From assembly GCA_049423385.1 (NCBI GenBank), contig JBMSQQ010000015.1, forward strand, positions 1 through 46,077: a DNA stretch of 46,077 bases, given 5' to 3'. Source of the stretch: Silvanigrellaceae bacterium. GTDB lineage: Bacteria; Bdellovibrionota_B; Oligoflexia; Silvanigrellales; Silvanigrellaceae. How positions within the stretch are numbered: the first letter of the stretch is position 1; every line of letters starts with the position of its first letter. Shown here piece after piece: positions 1 through 9,508 of this stretch. A program made the position numbers and the translations under genes. The notes beneath the pieces were generated by a model. It had not been told where the DNA came from, ran no database searches, and saw nothing but the letters and a program-made list of their open reading frames with translations.

Positions 1-323
1 GGCTTTAATTTCCTTTTGTTTTTGTGTTTGGTGTTGAGAAAAAAAGACTTCCGCACGAGCGCAGCATGGAGACTCCGCAAGGCGTTGAGGAAGAGAGAAG
101 ACTGTTTTACGTGGCACTGACACGCGCGCAAAAGTTCCTCTTTCTCAGTCATTGTGGTTTTCGCGCTCGCGGAAATCGGTCTGCACGCGGTTCAGACGTG
201 GAACCATCCCGTTTTCTATCTGAAGTTCCCGATGGAAATCTACTTGTCAGCGAGACCGATCCCGAGGGCGAAGAAGCACTTCGTCTGGAAGCCGCCAAGC
301 GTCTCTTTGAATTGTTCAGGTAG
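1..323 (+). CDS. UvrD/Rep/PcrA-family helicase, C-terminal fragment (5' end outside window)
   Basis: Motif VI EEERRLFYVALTRAQ and terminal PSRFLSEV. The frame upstream reads (G)-L-*-F-P-F-V-F, matching the GLEFP of motif V with TAA at 6-8. Confidence 0.9.
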
Positions 324-327
324 TGCT

Positions 328-1824
328 GTGAATATTGTGGCTGGATTTCGAAAGTTTTTTTCGCTGTTCGGCAAAGGGTTTCTCGTTTTATTTCTGTTTG
401 TTTTTTTTGCAGGATTTTTGTTCTGGCTCGGTACCTTGCGCGGAGAAGATTATTACCTTCGCAAGGCTTTTCAAAACAATGCTGCATTCAGCCTGTGGCT
501 TCGCCCGAAGATTCAAAATGTATTCGAGCTGAAAGACGGTTTGACTCAGGTCACGCTCTCGGGTTGGTTGAATCCAAACCGCGTGGAACAAGCATTCGCT
601 CACTTTGACAAATGGATCCAGGAATACAATCTGCTCCTTGATGAGACTGCCGAATCTGCAGAGAACGATGCCCATGTTCTTCCACCTTTTCCTTTGCCAC
701 CAACTTTTGAAGATGACTCCGAGGGCGAAAGTGTCCCGGAGGTGGATCCTTACGACACTGCACTCGCAGACTTGCTTGGTGATTTCTGGAGCTCTGGCTT
801 TGTAACCTTGCTTGGATCAGCGCATTTGAATGTCCCGATCATTGCAAAGCCTGTATCTGGCTGGATGGTGGCATTGGCACATTCGCGCTTTTCTTCAATG
901 GTGCTGGAAGCTATTGTCGAAGGTCTTCCGCTCCGAGCCGATCGAGGTGACATTCCGAGCTGGTTGCAAAGCGTTCCATTTGCACAGGTGGACAACGATC
1001 CCGGTGAAAGCCTGGTCCATGAAATGGCAATCGACCTCGGAGGTCGCGAAATAGGCGAGCTTTTTGCGCGTCTCTGTGAGCTTGAGAATCTTTCCGAAAG
1101 ATACTGCGAGTCTGAGGGGCAAGGGGAAAATCCGTTGCTGCCGATCTTCGCTGCGAGTGAACAATTCAAGCTTCAACTGATGGTTTATTGGTCGTTGCGC
1201 GGACAGCATTTTGTCTGGTCAAACCAAAAAGAATGCTTGTTGAGCGCGATTTCCGGGGCACGGTACGAGGAGTCAATGTGTGGTGGGCGTGTTTCGCGCA
1301 ACACCAGATTGAATTTTCGCGACTCGAGACAATTGATCGGCTTCAAGGGAGCAGTGCCGGGTGGTCAAAATCAAGGTGCCGGCATGTGGCTCAATCAGTC
1401 GGAATTGAAAAACTCGGTGGAAAAGACAGTCGATTTGTTGGAGCATCAGGAAATTGAAGGCGCTTCCTGGTTGCAGGACTATTTTCACACGGCGCGCGGT
1501 GAAAACGGAAAGCGTGAACTTTTGGGTATGTTTCAAGAATGGCAACAAACCTGGCCCCTATGGGGCGCTGAAATCGGCTATACCGACTCGCAATCGGGTC
1601 GATTGTTGACCTATGCACGTACGCCCGTTCGCCCTGGGTCTGAGGATGTTTTGGATCCACCTGCCGCGCTTTTCCAATTTGAATTTCTGAATGGCATAAT
1701 GGGGGCCTGGATTGGGCTCCCGCGTGCAACCGTGAGATTGTCGAAATCGATTCCTTGGCAACAAGTCCGGGACTTTTGGCGAGCCGAGTCGGTCTATCAA
1801 ATGGGTTGGAGTGATCAGCGATGA
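328..1824 (+). CDS. Hypothetical protein with an N-terminal membrane anchor
   Basis: Long ORF (154..1824). The likely start is GTG at 328, just after the helicase stop. Hydrophobic segment FLVLFLFVFFAGFLFWLG; ATGA overlap with the next gene. Confidence 0.75.
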   Translation: MNIVAGFRKFFSLFGKGFLVLFLFVFFAGFLFWLGTLRGEDYYLRKAFQNNAAFSLWLRPKIQNVFELKDGLTQVTLSGWLNPNRVEQAFAHFDKWIQEYNLLLDETAESAENDAHVLPPFPLPPTFEDDSEGESVPEVDPYDTALADLLGDFWSSGFVTLLGSAHLNVPIIAKPVSGWMVALAHSRFSSMVLEAIVEGLPLRADRGDIPSWLQSVPFAQVDNDPGESLVHEMAIDLGGREIGELFARLCELENLSERYCESEGQGENPLLPIFAASEQFKLQLMVYWSLRGQHFVWSNQKECLLSAISGARYEESMCGGRVSRNTRLNFRDSRQLIGFKGAVPGGQNQGAGMWLNQSELKNSVEKTVDLLEHQEIEGASWLQDYFHTARGENGKRELLGMFQEWQQTWPLWGAEIGYTDSQSGRLLTYARTPVRPGSEDVLDPPAALFQFEFLNGIMGAWIGLPRATVRLSKSIPWQQVRDFWRAESVYQMGWSDQR

Positions 1825-2672
1825 AGTTATACAGCCTTGAAGGAAACAGTCAGAAGCTGGACGGCGGTGCAATGTATGGAAATGCACCGAGAGCAATGTG
1901 GGAAAAGTGGTCCGCTCCTGATCATCTGAACCGGATTGCGTTGGCCTGCAGAAGTTTGCTGGTGGTGACGGATGAAGGTCAAAAAATACTTTTTGAAGCT
2001 GGAATTGGTGCTTTCTTCGAACCGAAGTTGCGTGAACGATTCGGTGTACAGGAAAGTGATCACGTCCTGGTCAAAAGCCTGGCTACCTTGGGATTGTCCC
2101 CTTCCGATATCGACGATGTGGTTTTGTCTCATCTTCACTTCGATCACGCGGGTGGCATCCTGAGTCGATATGAAGATGGCCCACTTCGAGTTCTTTTCGA
2201 TCGTGCCCGGTTTCATGTGTCCCGGAGGAACTGGGAGCGTTCAAATGCCCCCCACTCACGCGACAGGGCTTCTTTTGTTCCGGAGCTCAATCGACTTCTT
2301 CTTGAGAGCGGGAAGTTGATCCTTGTTGATGAAGCGCCTGACCGTTCGATTGCCGACATCGTGAAGTTTCACTTCTCGGATGGACACACTCCAGGATTGA
2401 TGATGTCGGAAATCAAAACCAATGGAGGTCCTTTGGTTTTCACCTCTGATCTGATTCCCGGGGCGCCCTGGGTGCATGTGCCCATTTCAATGGGCTACGA
2501 TCGGTATCCGGAGTTGGTGATCGATGAAAAAAGGCGTCTCCTCGAAAATCTGACTCCGCGCGGTGGGATGCTTTTTTTCACTCATGACCCCAAGGATTGT
2601 TGTGGAGTTTTGAATATTGATGGTCAAGGTCGTTATTCGACGCGACCTTTGGATTTGATGAAGCTTCATTAA
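1821..2672 (+). CDS. MBL-fold metallo-hydrolase (YtnP-like)
   Basis: SHLHFDHAGG metal motif, N-terminal LDGGAMYG, GHTPG, MGYD and FTHDP. Confidence 0.92.
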   Translation: MKLYSLEGNSQKLDGGAMYGNAPRAMWEKWSAPDHLNRIALACRSLLVVTDEGQKILFEAGIGAFFEPKLRERFGVQESDHVLVKSLATLGLSPSDIDDVVLSHLHFDHAGGILSRYEDGPLRVLFDRARFHVSRRNWERSNAPHSRDRASFVPELNRLLLESGKLILVDEAPDRSIADIVKFHFSDGHTPGLMMSEIKTNGGPLVFTSDLIPGAPWVHVPISMGYDRYPELVIDEKRRLLENLTPRGGMLFFTHDPKDCCGVLNIDGQGRYSTRPLDLMKLH

Positions 2673-3453
2673 GTTCGTGCACCATTTGTTTGACCCAATG
2701 GGCATATCGCGCGAGATCGACGAATTTTACCAATCCCTTTTCGCAGTTTGCCTGCACGACAATTCCTAAAAGTCGACGATGAGGACTTTGAAAATCCCAC
2801 ACGGGAGCGCCCGAGTCTCCCGGGCATGCTGCCGGAGTGCCGGGACTTGAGGCGGTGGCTTCAAATTTTCCTTCACGAATCAAATTCGACCGCACGTTCA
2901 CGGGTGACCATGCCTTCTGTGATTCCAGAAGTTTTTCGGGTTCCGTCATTTTCAGTCGACCTGGGCTGAATCCAAGAATCCAAAGTCTGCCGATGGAGGG
3001 ATCAATGTTGATCCTGAACGAAGGCTCAGGGCGGTCGGAGCCCGGTGCTTCTTGTAAGGCATTTTCGGTTTCGAGAATGGCAACGTCGAAATCTTCACGG
3101 TTTGCCTGTGGCAAGGTTTTATATTGAGGGTGAATGAGCCAGCGACTGACCCTGAATGTTTTCGAGGGATGTTTGTGTCCTCTCGACATAATCGAGAAAG
3201 ATCTGGTCTGGATGAATTTTGCTGATTGTGCTGCCAGGCAATGCGCGGCAGTCAAGATGATTTTCGAGTCTATTGGCACTCCGCTGCAAATCACTTGAGA
3301 AGAGTCGTCTGTTGTCTGAAGGATCGCGACAGCAGTTGGCAATGTTTGCAATGGTGTTTGTGGCATGGCAAAGAGCGGCAGCATGAAATGACCCGGACGA
3401 AGAGTATTTTGATGAATGCAATACTCTTGTTTTGTCGGCTGATTTTCAAACAC
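2578..3453 (-). CDS. Trypsin-like (S1) serine protease; start uncertain
   Basis: Catalytic triad motifs LTAAHC, DVAIL and CPGDSGAP; CSG motif upstream. Confidence 0.88.
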   Translation of the reverse strand: MFENQPTKQEYCIHQNTLRPGHFMLPLFAMPQTPLQTLPTAVAILQTTDDSSQVICSGVPIDSKIILTAAHCLAAQSAKFIQTRSFSIMSRGHKHPSKTFRVSRWLIHPQYKTLPQANREDFDVAILETENALQEAPGSDRPEPSFRINIDPSIGRLWILGFSPGRLKMTEPEKLLESQKAWSPVNVRSNLIREGKFEATASSPGTPAACPGDSGAPVWDFQSPHRRLLGIVVQANCEKGLVKFVDLARYAHWVKQMVHELNEASSNPKVASNNDLDHQYSKLHNNPWGHE

Positions 3454-3470
3454 CGTTCTGTTCAGGAAAC

Positions 3471-3499
3471 AAAAAAACCACCCCGACAGGGGTGGTTTT
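3471..3499 (-). terminator. Rho-independent terminator downstream of the HU gene
   Basis: Perfect stem AAAACCACCCC-gaca-GGGGTGGTTTT (3474-3499), with a T-run at its 3' end on the minus strand. Confidence 0.85.
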
Positions 3500-3547
3500 C
3501 AAAATTGGTTCACAGCCCCTCTCAACGAGGGAAAGGCGAATCCGGAA

Positions 3548-3892
3548 TTACTTCTTGCGAGCTGGAGCCTTCTTTGCAGCAGTTGCCTTCTTCTTGATGC
3601 CAACTGCTTCCTTGAGGGACTTGGCAGCGCGGAAAGCAACTTTCTTGGAAGCAGGGATGCGAATTTCTTCGCCAGTTTGTGGGTTGCGGCCCTTGCGAGC
3701 TGCGCGCTCTTTGACCTGGATGATGCCAACTTTGTCGAGACGGATCTTCGATTGATGGCTGACGAGCTCGGACTCGATTTCAGCGAGGAACTCAACGATC
3801 AGTTCCTTCGTGACTTTCTTTGGGAGTTCGTCGTGCTTGCTGGCAACAGCGGAAATGAGTTGACTGGTGGAAACGGTCGTTACCTTTTTCAT
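3548..3892 (-). CDS. HU/IHF-family DNA-binding protein with a short Lys/Ala-rich tail
   Basis: RAARKGRNPQTGEEIRIPASKKVAFRAAKSLKEAV; AGGAA RBS upstream. Confidence 0.95.
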   Translation of the reverse strand: MKKVTTVSTSQLISAVASKHDELPKKVTKELIVEFLAEIESELVSHQSKIRLDKVGIIQVKERAARKGRNPQTGEEIRIPASKKVAFRAAKSLKEAVGIKKKATAAKKAPARKK

Positions 3893-4120
3893 GTGCAGTG
3901 TTCCTTTCTTGAAAACCTGAAATGACCTTACAGTGCCTGTTTCAAACTGACAAGATCCTCACGCAAGAAAAAGCAAAAAAAAAACAGCGACACGAAAATC
4001 TGAATGAGTCAACTGCCCCAAGGGTAAAATGTCGAACTCGATTCGTTGCTCCGAGCTTGGTACACTCTCCCAACGCCGATGCGACGGCTCTCAAACTGTG
4101 TTGAAAAAGGCAAGAAACCT

Positions 4121-5632
4121 ATGACAATTCCGAATTTTCCTGCACGACCCGTGGTCTGTAGAAACCTGGTGGGTGGCGTCTGGCAAGACAGTGGAAGCTT
4201 GCCGACACGCGACATCATGAGCCCTTACAATGGTCAATTGGTCGGAAAGGTTCCGATGTCTTCCGCGCAGGAAGTCAACCAGACAATCGTTTCGGCACAT
4301 CAAGCCTGGTTGAATTGGCGCAGGACACCCTTGCGGACACGCTCAGAAATCCTGATGAAGTTCAGGAATCTTGTTCTGGAGAACATGTCCCGTCTGGTGG
4401 ATTCCGTTTCCGTGGAGTCCGGCAAAACCCGTATCGAGGCAGAAGCGGGCTTGCAAAAAGGAATTGAGATTATCGACTTTGCGGTGAGCCTGCCGAATTC
4501 GGAAAACTTGGCTGCAGCTGAAGTGAGTCAAGGAGTCACTTGTCAATTCAGGCGAGAATCATTGGGCGTCGTGGTCGGGATCACGCCGTTCAATTTTCCT
4601 GCCATGGTTCCCTTGTGGATGATTCCTCTGGCTTTGGTTGTCGGCAATTCTTTTGTTTTGAAACCGTCTGAAAAAGTGCCCATGACGCCGCAGATTCTTG
4701 GTGAGTTGTTGATTCAGGCCGGACTCCCGGCTGGGGTGTTTTCAATTATAAATGGCGGAGCCGACGTGGTGGACGCCCTGTTGGCTCATGATGATGTGAA
4801 AGCCATCGGGTTTGTTGGATCCACCTCTGTGGCTTCCCGGATCTATAAAAAGGGTTCGGCCTCCGGAAAGCGGGTGCTGGCTTTGGGCGGGGCAAAAAAC
4901 CACATCATCGTCACATCAGACTGTGAGCCGGAATCAACCGCACGTGGAATTCTTTCGTCGTTCACGGGTTGTGCTGGTCAACGCTGCATGGCTGCCAGTG
5001 TTCTTGTTGCCGTCGGTCAGGTTGACCATGTTCTTGCCAGGGTTGTCGAACTTGCGAAGGCGCAGGTTCTTGGCAAGGACATGGGAGCCATCATTGACGA
5101 AGCTTCTTTTCGGCGCATCGAAGCTGCAATCAACAATGCCATTGCTGAAGGCGCGAAGCTTCTTCTCGATGGTCGCGGCAAACAGGTTGGATTGCCGGGG
5201 TGTTCGGCTGGGCATTGGCTGGGTGCAACGATGATTGATGAAGCCAAGTCTTCGATGGAATGTGTGCAGCTGGAAATTTTTGGCCCGGTATTGACCATCA
5301 TGAGAGCCAACACGCTTGAAGATGCAGTGAGAATTTCAAATGAATCGATTTATGGAAACGCCGCTGCCGTGTTCACCACCCGGGGTGATGTCGCACAGTA
5401 CGTTGCCACCCATTCGAATGCCGGCATGATCGGAATCAATATAGGAGTGCCAGTGCCTCGTGAGCCGTTTTCATTTGGTGGTACAAAACAATCCCGTTTC
5501 GGCCATGGCGACATCACTGGCAAGAGCGGCTTGGATTTTTGGTCGGACCTCAAAAAAATCACAACAAGCTGGCCCACTGTGCAGAGCGATAAAAATTCGC
5601 CTTCGGGTCAGTTCCTGCTTCACACAACATAA
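4121..5632 (+). CDS. mmsA: CoA-acylating (methyl)malonate-semialdehyde dehydrogenase
   Basis: ITPFNFPAMVP, KPSE, FVGST, GGAKNH, catalytic AGQRCMA, EIFGP, NIGVPVP. Likely start is ATG 4121. Confidence 0.92.
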   Translation: MTIPNFPARPVVCRNLVGGVWQDSGSLPTRDIMSPYNGQLVGKVPMSSAQEVNQTIVSAHQAWLNWRRTPLRTRSEILMKFRNLVLENMSRLVDSVSVESGKTRIEAEAGLQKGIEIIDFAVSLPNSENLAAAEVSQGVTCQFRRESLGVVVGITPFNFPAMVPLWMIPLALVVGNSFVLKPSEKVPMTPQILGELLIQAGLPAGVFSIINGGADVVDALLAHDDVKAIGFVGSTSVASRIYKKGSASGKRVLALGGAKNHIIVTSDCEPESTARGILSSFTGCAGQRCMAASVLVAVGQVDHVLARVVELAKAQVLGKDMGAIIDEASFRRIEAAINNAIAEGAKLLLDGRGKQVGLPGCSAGHWLGATMIDEAKSSMECVQLEIFGPVLTIMRANTLEDAVRISNESIYGNAAAVFTTRGDVAQYVATHSNAGMIGINIGVPVPREPFSFGGTKQSRFGHGDITGKSGLDFWSDLKKITTSWPTVQSDKNSPSGQFLLHTT

Positions 5633-5652
5633 TTCAAGCGAGGAACAACATC

Positions 5653-6903
5653 GTGTCACAGCAGCGTCCTGGAACCCACCACATCGTTCTGACTTCGCAT
5701 CCCAACCACTTTGGACCAAAGCCGCCCGCCATCCAGTGGGGCGGCAAGGATGCTCTCGAGCGTGGTCCCGTGATTGCAACCGTTGCAAACGCAGCTCATC
5801 GGAATTCAATCGGCACCCATTCGGGTTCTTATGCAATCTATCGTGCGCTCGCCATTGCGACAGGCTCTTTGCAATCACTGCACAAGCCTGACCTCACAAA
5901 CACCGCGCCTGCAGAAAAAATAGGACCATTCGACAGTTGGTTTGATGCAGACAAGATTGTCTCGCTCGACCCTTGGGGGGCGTTGGTTTCGGATGCATAC
6001 AAAGACTTTCTTGAAAAAGGATATGATATTCGCCCGACCATTGCGGTCACCAAAGCCCACATCCATATGCCGGAAATCGCCGATGCCGTGTTGAAGGGAA
6101 GGCTGAAGCCGGATGGAAACATTGTCACTGAGGAAGGCATCTGCAGTGTCACCAAGGCAGCGATTGAACCGGTTTGGTATTTGCCGGGAGTCGCCAAGCG
6201 CTGTGGCATCGACGAGGGGATTTTGCGCAGGACCCTGTTTGAACAAACGGGAGGAATGTTTCCCGAGCTCATCACCCGGCCCGACATCTCCATGTTTCTG
6301 CCGCCGATTGGCGGTTACAGCATCTACATTTTCGGCGAATTGTCTGCAATCGATGATCCCAAGAAACCGATTGCGGTTCGTATTCATGATGAATGCAACG
6401 GTTCAGATGTTTTTGGTTCTGATATTTGTACGTGTCGACCCTACTTGACCCATGGCATTGAAGTTTGTGCCCAGGCTGCGCAAGAAGGTGGACTGGGAGT
6501 GATTGTCTATTGCCGAAAAGAGGGTCGGGCATTGGGTGAAGTCACTAAATTTCTTGTCTACAACGCCCGCAAGCGTCAAGAGGGAGGAGATCGGGCAGAG
6601 AAGTACTTCGCCCGGACGGAATGTGTGGCCGGGGTGCAGGACATGCGCTTTCAGGAGTTGATGCCCGATGTATTGCACTGGCTCGGAATCAAGAGAATCG
6701 ACAGACTGGTTTCAATGAGCAACATGAAATTCAATGCCATCGTCAATTCGGGAATTGTGGTCCACGATCGTTTCGAGATTCCGGATGATTTGATTCCTGC
6801 CGATGCACAGGTCGAAATGGACGCCAAGAAGGCGGCCGGTTATTTCACCGATCACATTCCGGATGACATTGAACTCAAGAAAAAGAAGGGGCGAGAGCTC
6901 TGA
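5653..6903 (+). CDS. GTP cyclohydrolase II-like protein, URC1/urg1 family
   Basis: N-terminal IVLTSHP...WG...RGPVIAT...RNSIGTHSGSY extension, then RIHDECNGSDVFGSDICTC (three Zn-ligand Cys) and RKEGRALGEVTKFLVYNARKRQ. GAGGAA RBS. Confidence 0.92.
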   Translation: MSQQRPGTHHIVLTSHPNHFGPKPPAIQWGGKDALERGPVIATVANAAHRNSIGTHSGSYAIYRALAIATGSLQSLHKPDLTNTAPAEKIGPFDSWFDADKIVSLDPWGALVSDAYKDFLEKGYDIRPTIAVTKAHIHMPEIADAVLKGRLKPDGNIVTEEGICSVTKAAIEPVWYLPGVAKRCGIDEGILRRTLFEQTGGMFPELITRPDISMFLPPIGGYSIYIFGELSAIDDPKKPIAVRIHDECNGSDVFGSDICTCRPYLTHGIEVCAQAAQEGGLGVIVYCRKEGRALGEVTKFLVYNARKRQEGGDRAEKYFARTECVAGVQDMRFQELMPDVLHWLGIKRIDRLVSMSNMKFNAIVNSGIVVHDRFEIPDDLIPADAQVEMDAKKAAGYFTDHIPDDIELKKKKGREL

Positions 6904-8147
6904 TGACCACTGAAAAAAATTCCTCGTTGAGCGAGCTCAGGAGTCTGACAACCGTCAGATCACAATGCCGTAAGTTGTATCAACTTGGACTGGAAAACAA
7001 GCTGTCACATTTCTCAATCGATGAAGCTCGACTGACCGCGGTGGTCGACTACATTCATAAAATCATCGTCGTCGATTATCCAACTCTCGACATTCCATTT
7101 CACAGCCGATGGCGTCATTTTGAAGCGGGTGGACATCAGCGGCAATTCAAGCTGCAACAGCTTTGGCACGACGCAGATGTTCTTGAAATTCTCCGCCGCC
7201 ACGTTGATCTTGTCGTTGTCAGTGTTCTCCTGGATGCGGGTGCGGGTGCAGACTGGAAGTATCATGAGAAGGAAACCGGGCAGACACACGGACGCTCCGA
7301 AGGACTCGGCATTGCCAGTCTCAAGATGTTCTCGGATGGTGTTTTTTCTTCGGATCACAAACAACCCTTTCAGGTTGATGCGGATGCCTTGTTAAAGCTT
7401 TCCCTCGATGATCTCAGGGCTGGATTTCAGGTGCTCGACAGCAATCCCATGCTGGGTTTGGAAGGACGAACCTCGCTGTTGCAAAAGCTGGGCCAAGCCA
7501 TGAAAGAGAAGACAAGCTACTTTGCCCGTGGATCTTCATTGCGACCGGGAAACATGATGGATTGGTTGTTGAATGGAGTCGTCGACAAACAGGTCGAATT
7601 GAATAGACTTTGGCAGGTGGTGATTGAGGGACTTGAAGAGATCTGGCCAACAGATCATCGAATCATTCTTGATGGCAGAAATTTGGGAGACGCATGGCGG
7701 CATGGAGCACTTGCGACCTCTGGCTCTTCCCCGGACATCGTTCCATTTCACAAGTTGTCCCAATGGTTGACCTACTCGCTTCTGGAGCCAATCCACGCAG
7801 CCGGGTTCGAAATTCATGGGCTTGAATTGCTGACAGGCCTTCCTGAATACCGAAATGGTGGATTGTTTCTCGATTTTGAAGTTCTGCGGCTCAAGGATGC
7901 CAATGCTGTGCTGCAAAAGCATCCAGTGGATTCGGAACTGATTATCGAGTGGCGCGCACTGACTGTTGTTCTGTTGGACAAGACGGCAGAGCTTGTGCGG
8001 CGAAAGTTGAAAATGTCCGAGAGCGATTTTCCTCTTGCCAAAGTTCTTGAGGCAGGAACCTGGAAGGCAGGTCGAAAAATTGCCGCCGAGAAGCGTTCGG
8101 GGGGATTGCCTCCACTCCAGGTCGTGAGTGATGGTACCGTTTTCTGA
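6903..8147 (+). CDS. URC4/urg3-family protein (DUF1688)
   Basis: IPFHSRWRHF, VSVLLDAGAG, RSEGLG, FHKLSQWLTYSL, LTGLPEYRNGGL, EWRALTV, terminal SDGTVF; TGATG coupling to URC1. Confidence 0.92.
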   Translation: MTTEKNSSLSELRSLTTVRSQCRKLYQLGLENKLSHFSIDEARLTAVVDYIHKIIVVDYPTLDIPFHSRWRHFEAGGHQRQFKLQQLWHDADVLEILRRHVDLVVVSVLLDAGAGADWKYHEKETGQTHGRSEGLGIASLKMFSDGVFSSDHKQPFQVDADALLKLSLDDLRAGFQVLDSNPMLGLEGRTSLLQKLGQAMKEKTSYFARGSSLRPGNMMDWLLNGVVDKQVELNRLWQVVIEGLEEIWPTDHRIILDGRNLGDAWRHGALATSGSSPDIVPFHKLSQWLTYSLLEPIHAAGFEIHGLELLTGLPEYRNGGLFLDFEVLRLKDANAVLQKHPVDSELIIEWRALTVVLLDKTAELVRRKLKMSESDFPLAKVLEAGTWKAGRKIAAEKRSGGLPPLQVVSDGTVF

Positions 8148-8164
8148 ATTAAGGAAAAATATTC

Positions 8165-8809
8165 ATGAGCAAGACTGAATTCAAAAACACTTTTCTGATT
8201 GAACATCCACTAGTTCAGCACAAGCTGACAATCATGAGAAAGCAAGAGACCAGCACACACAAATTTCGTGGTCTGTTGCAAGAGATCAGCATGTTGTTGG
8301 CCTATGAAGTGACACGTGACATGCCCCTGGCACTCACTGACATCAAGACGCCCGTCTCTGAAATGAAGGCTCCAATGCTCGAAGGAAAGAAAATCGTGCT
8401 TGTCTCGATTTTGAGAGCTGGACAGGGAATCGTCGATGGCATGTTGAGAATTCTTCCGTCCGCAAGGGTGGGTCACATTGGATTGTATCGCGAACCCAAG
8501 ACACATGTGGTCGTTGAATACTATTTCAAAGTGCCACGTGATATTTCCGACCGTGATGTGATCCTCGTTGATCCCATGCTGGCAACTGGAAACTCGGCCG
8601 TTGCCGCAGTTCATCGCCTGAAGCAAACGAGCCCGAGATCGATCAAGTTTGTGTGTTTGCTGGCTGCGCCGGAAGGACTCAGGCAGTTGCAGGAAGAGCA
8701 TCCAGATGTTCCTGTTTACACGGCAGCAATCGACAGTCATCTCGATGAACAAGGTTACATCGTTCCAGGTCTTGGCGATGCTGGCGATCGATTGTTTGGC
8801 ACAAAATAA
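8165..8809 (+). CDS. upp: Uracil phosphoribosyltransferase
   Basis: [17 protein letters not shown] motif [27 protein letters not shown]. Confidence 0.97.
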   Translation: MSKTEFKNTFLIEHPLVQHKLTIMRKQETSTHKFRGLLQEISMLLAYEVTRDMPLALTDIKTPVSEMKAPMLEGKKIVLVSILRAGQGIVDGMLRILPSARVGHIGLYREPKTHVVVEYYFKVPRDISDRDVILVDPMLATGNSAVAAVHRLKQTSPRSIKFVCLLAAPEGLRQLQEEHPDVPVYTAAIDSHLDEQGYIVPGLGDAGDRLFGTK

Positions 8810-8847
8810 AAAAATGATGACCTGCGGTTGCGGCGGGAGATTTTATT

Positions 8848-9495
8848 GTGGGTGATCGAAAAGTGATTGTGGGAGTTTCCGGCGGTTCAGGGAGCGGAAA
8901 GACAACGTTTTGTCGTCAGTTGGTGAATCGACTTGGAGAGCATCAGGTTGTTCACCTCAAGCAGGACAGCTACTATCGCGACTTGAGTCATCTGTCTTCG
9001 GCTGAGCGTGATGCGGTGAACTTCGATCACCCGCAAGCCCTCGAATTTGATCTTCTCTGTGAACATTTGAAGGCGTTGAGGGGTGGGGTGGGTGTAGAAG
9101 TTCCTGTCTATGACTTTGCAACCCACACACGTTCAGCAGACAGCATCAGAACAGTTGCCAAGCCCATCATTGTCATCGAAGGAATTTTGATTCTTTCCCA
9201 ATCCAGGATTCTCGAGCAGTTGCAATACAGTATTTTTGTTGATGCACCCCAGGATGTTCGTCTTGCCAGAAGAATTCGGCGTGATATTGCCGAGCGAGGG
9301 CGAACAAAGGAAAGTGTTGAACAGCAGTTTTTTGCAACGGTTGCTCCAATGCACGACTTGTTTGTTGAGCCGTGTAAACAAAACTCGACGCGCATCATTT
9401 CGGGAGAGCAGCCATTCGATGACAGTATTGAACAACTTGTACGGCATTTGATGCGCGATGTCGCGTCGCGCCAGGACTCTTCCCAGGATAATTGA
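8848..9495 (+). CDS. udk: Uridine kinase
   Basis: P-loop GGSGSGKTT, DSYY, NFDHPQA, PVYDFATHTR, IEGIL, RRIRRDIAERGR. Confidence 0.95.
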   Translation: MGDRKVIVGVSGGSGSGKTTFCRQLVNRLGEHQVVHLKQDSYYRDLSHLSSAERDAVNFDHPQALEFDLLCEHLKALRGGVGVEVPVYDFATHTRSADSIRTVAKPIIVIEGILILSQSRILEQLQYSIFVDAPQDVRLARRIRRDIAERGRTKESVEQQFFATVAPMHDLFVEPCKQNSTRIISGEQPFDDSIEQLVRHLMRDVASRQDSSQDN

Positions 9496-9508
9496 ATCTG
9501 AAGAGGGA

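Noticed and set aside
154..327. N-terminal extension of the 556-aa ORF
   Set aside because: It overlaps the conserved helicase C-terminus; GTG 328 is the more plausible start.
3517..3532. Second small hairpin (CCCTC-tcaac-GAGGG) after the HU gene
   Set aside because: Only a 5-bp stem with no U-tract; the stronger terminator at 3471-3499 is sufficient.
5653..6903. Calling the gene ribA (riboflavin synthesis)
   Set aside because: The long URC1-type N-terminal domain, coupling to DUF1688 and upp, and absence of rib genes indicate the URC1 family.
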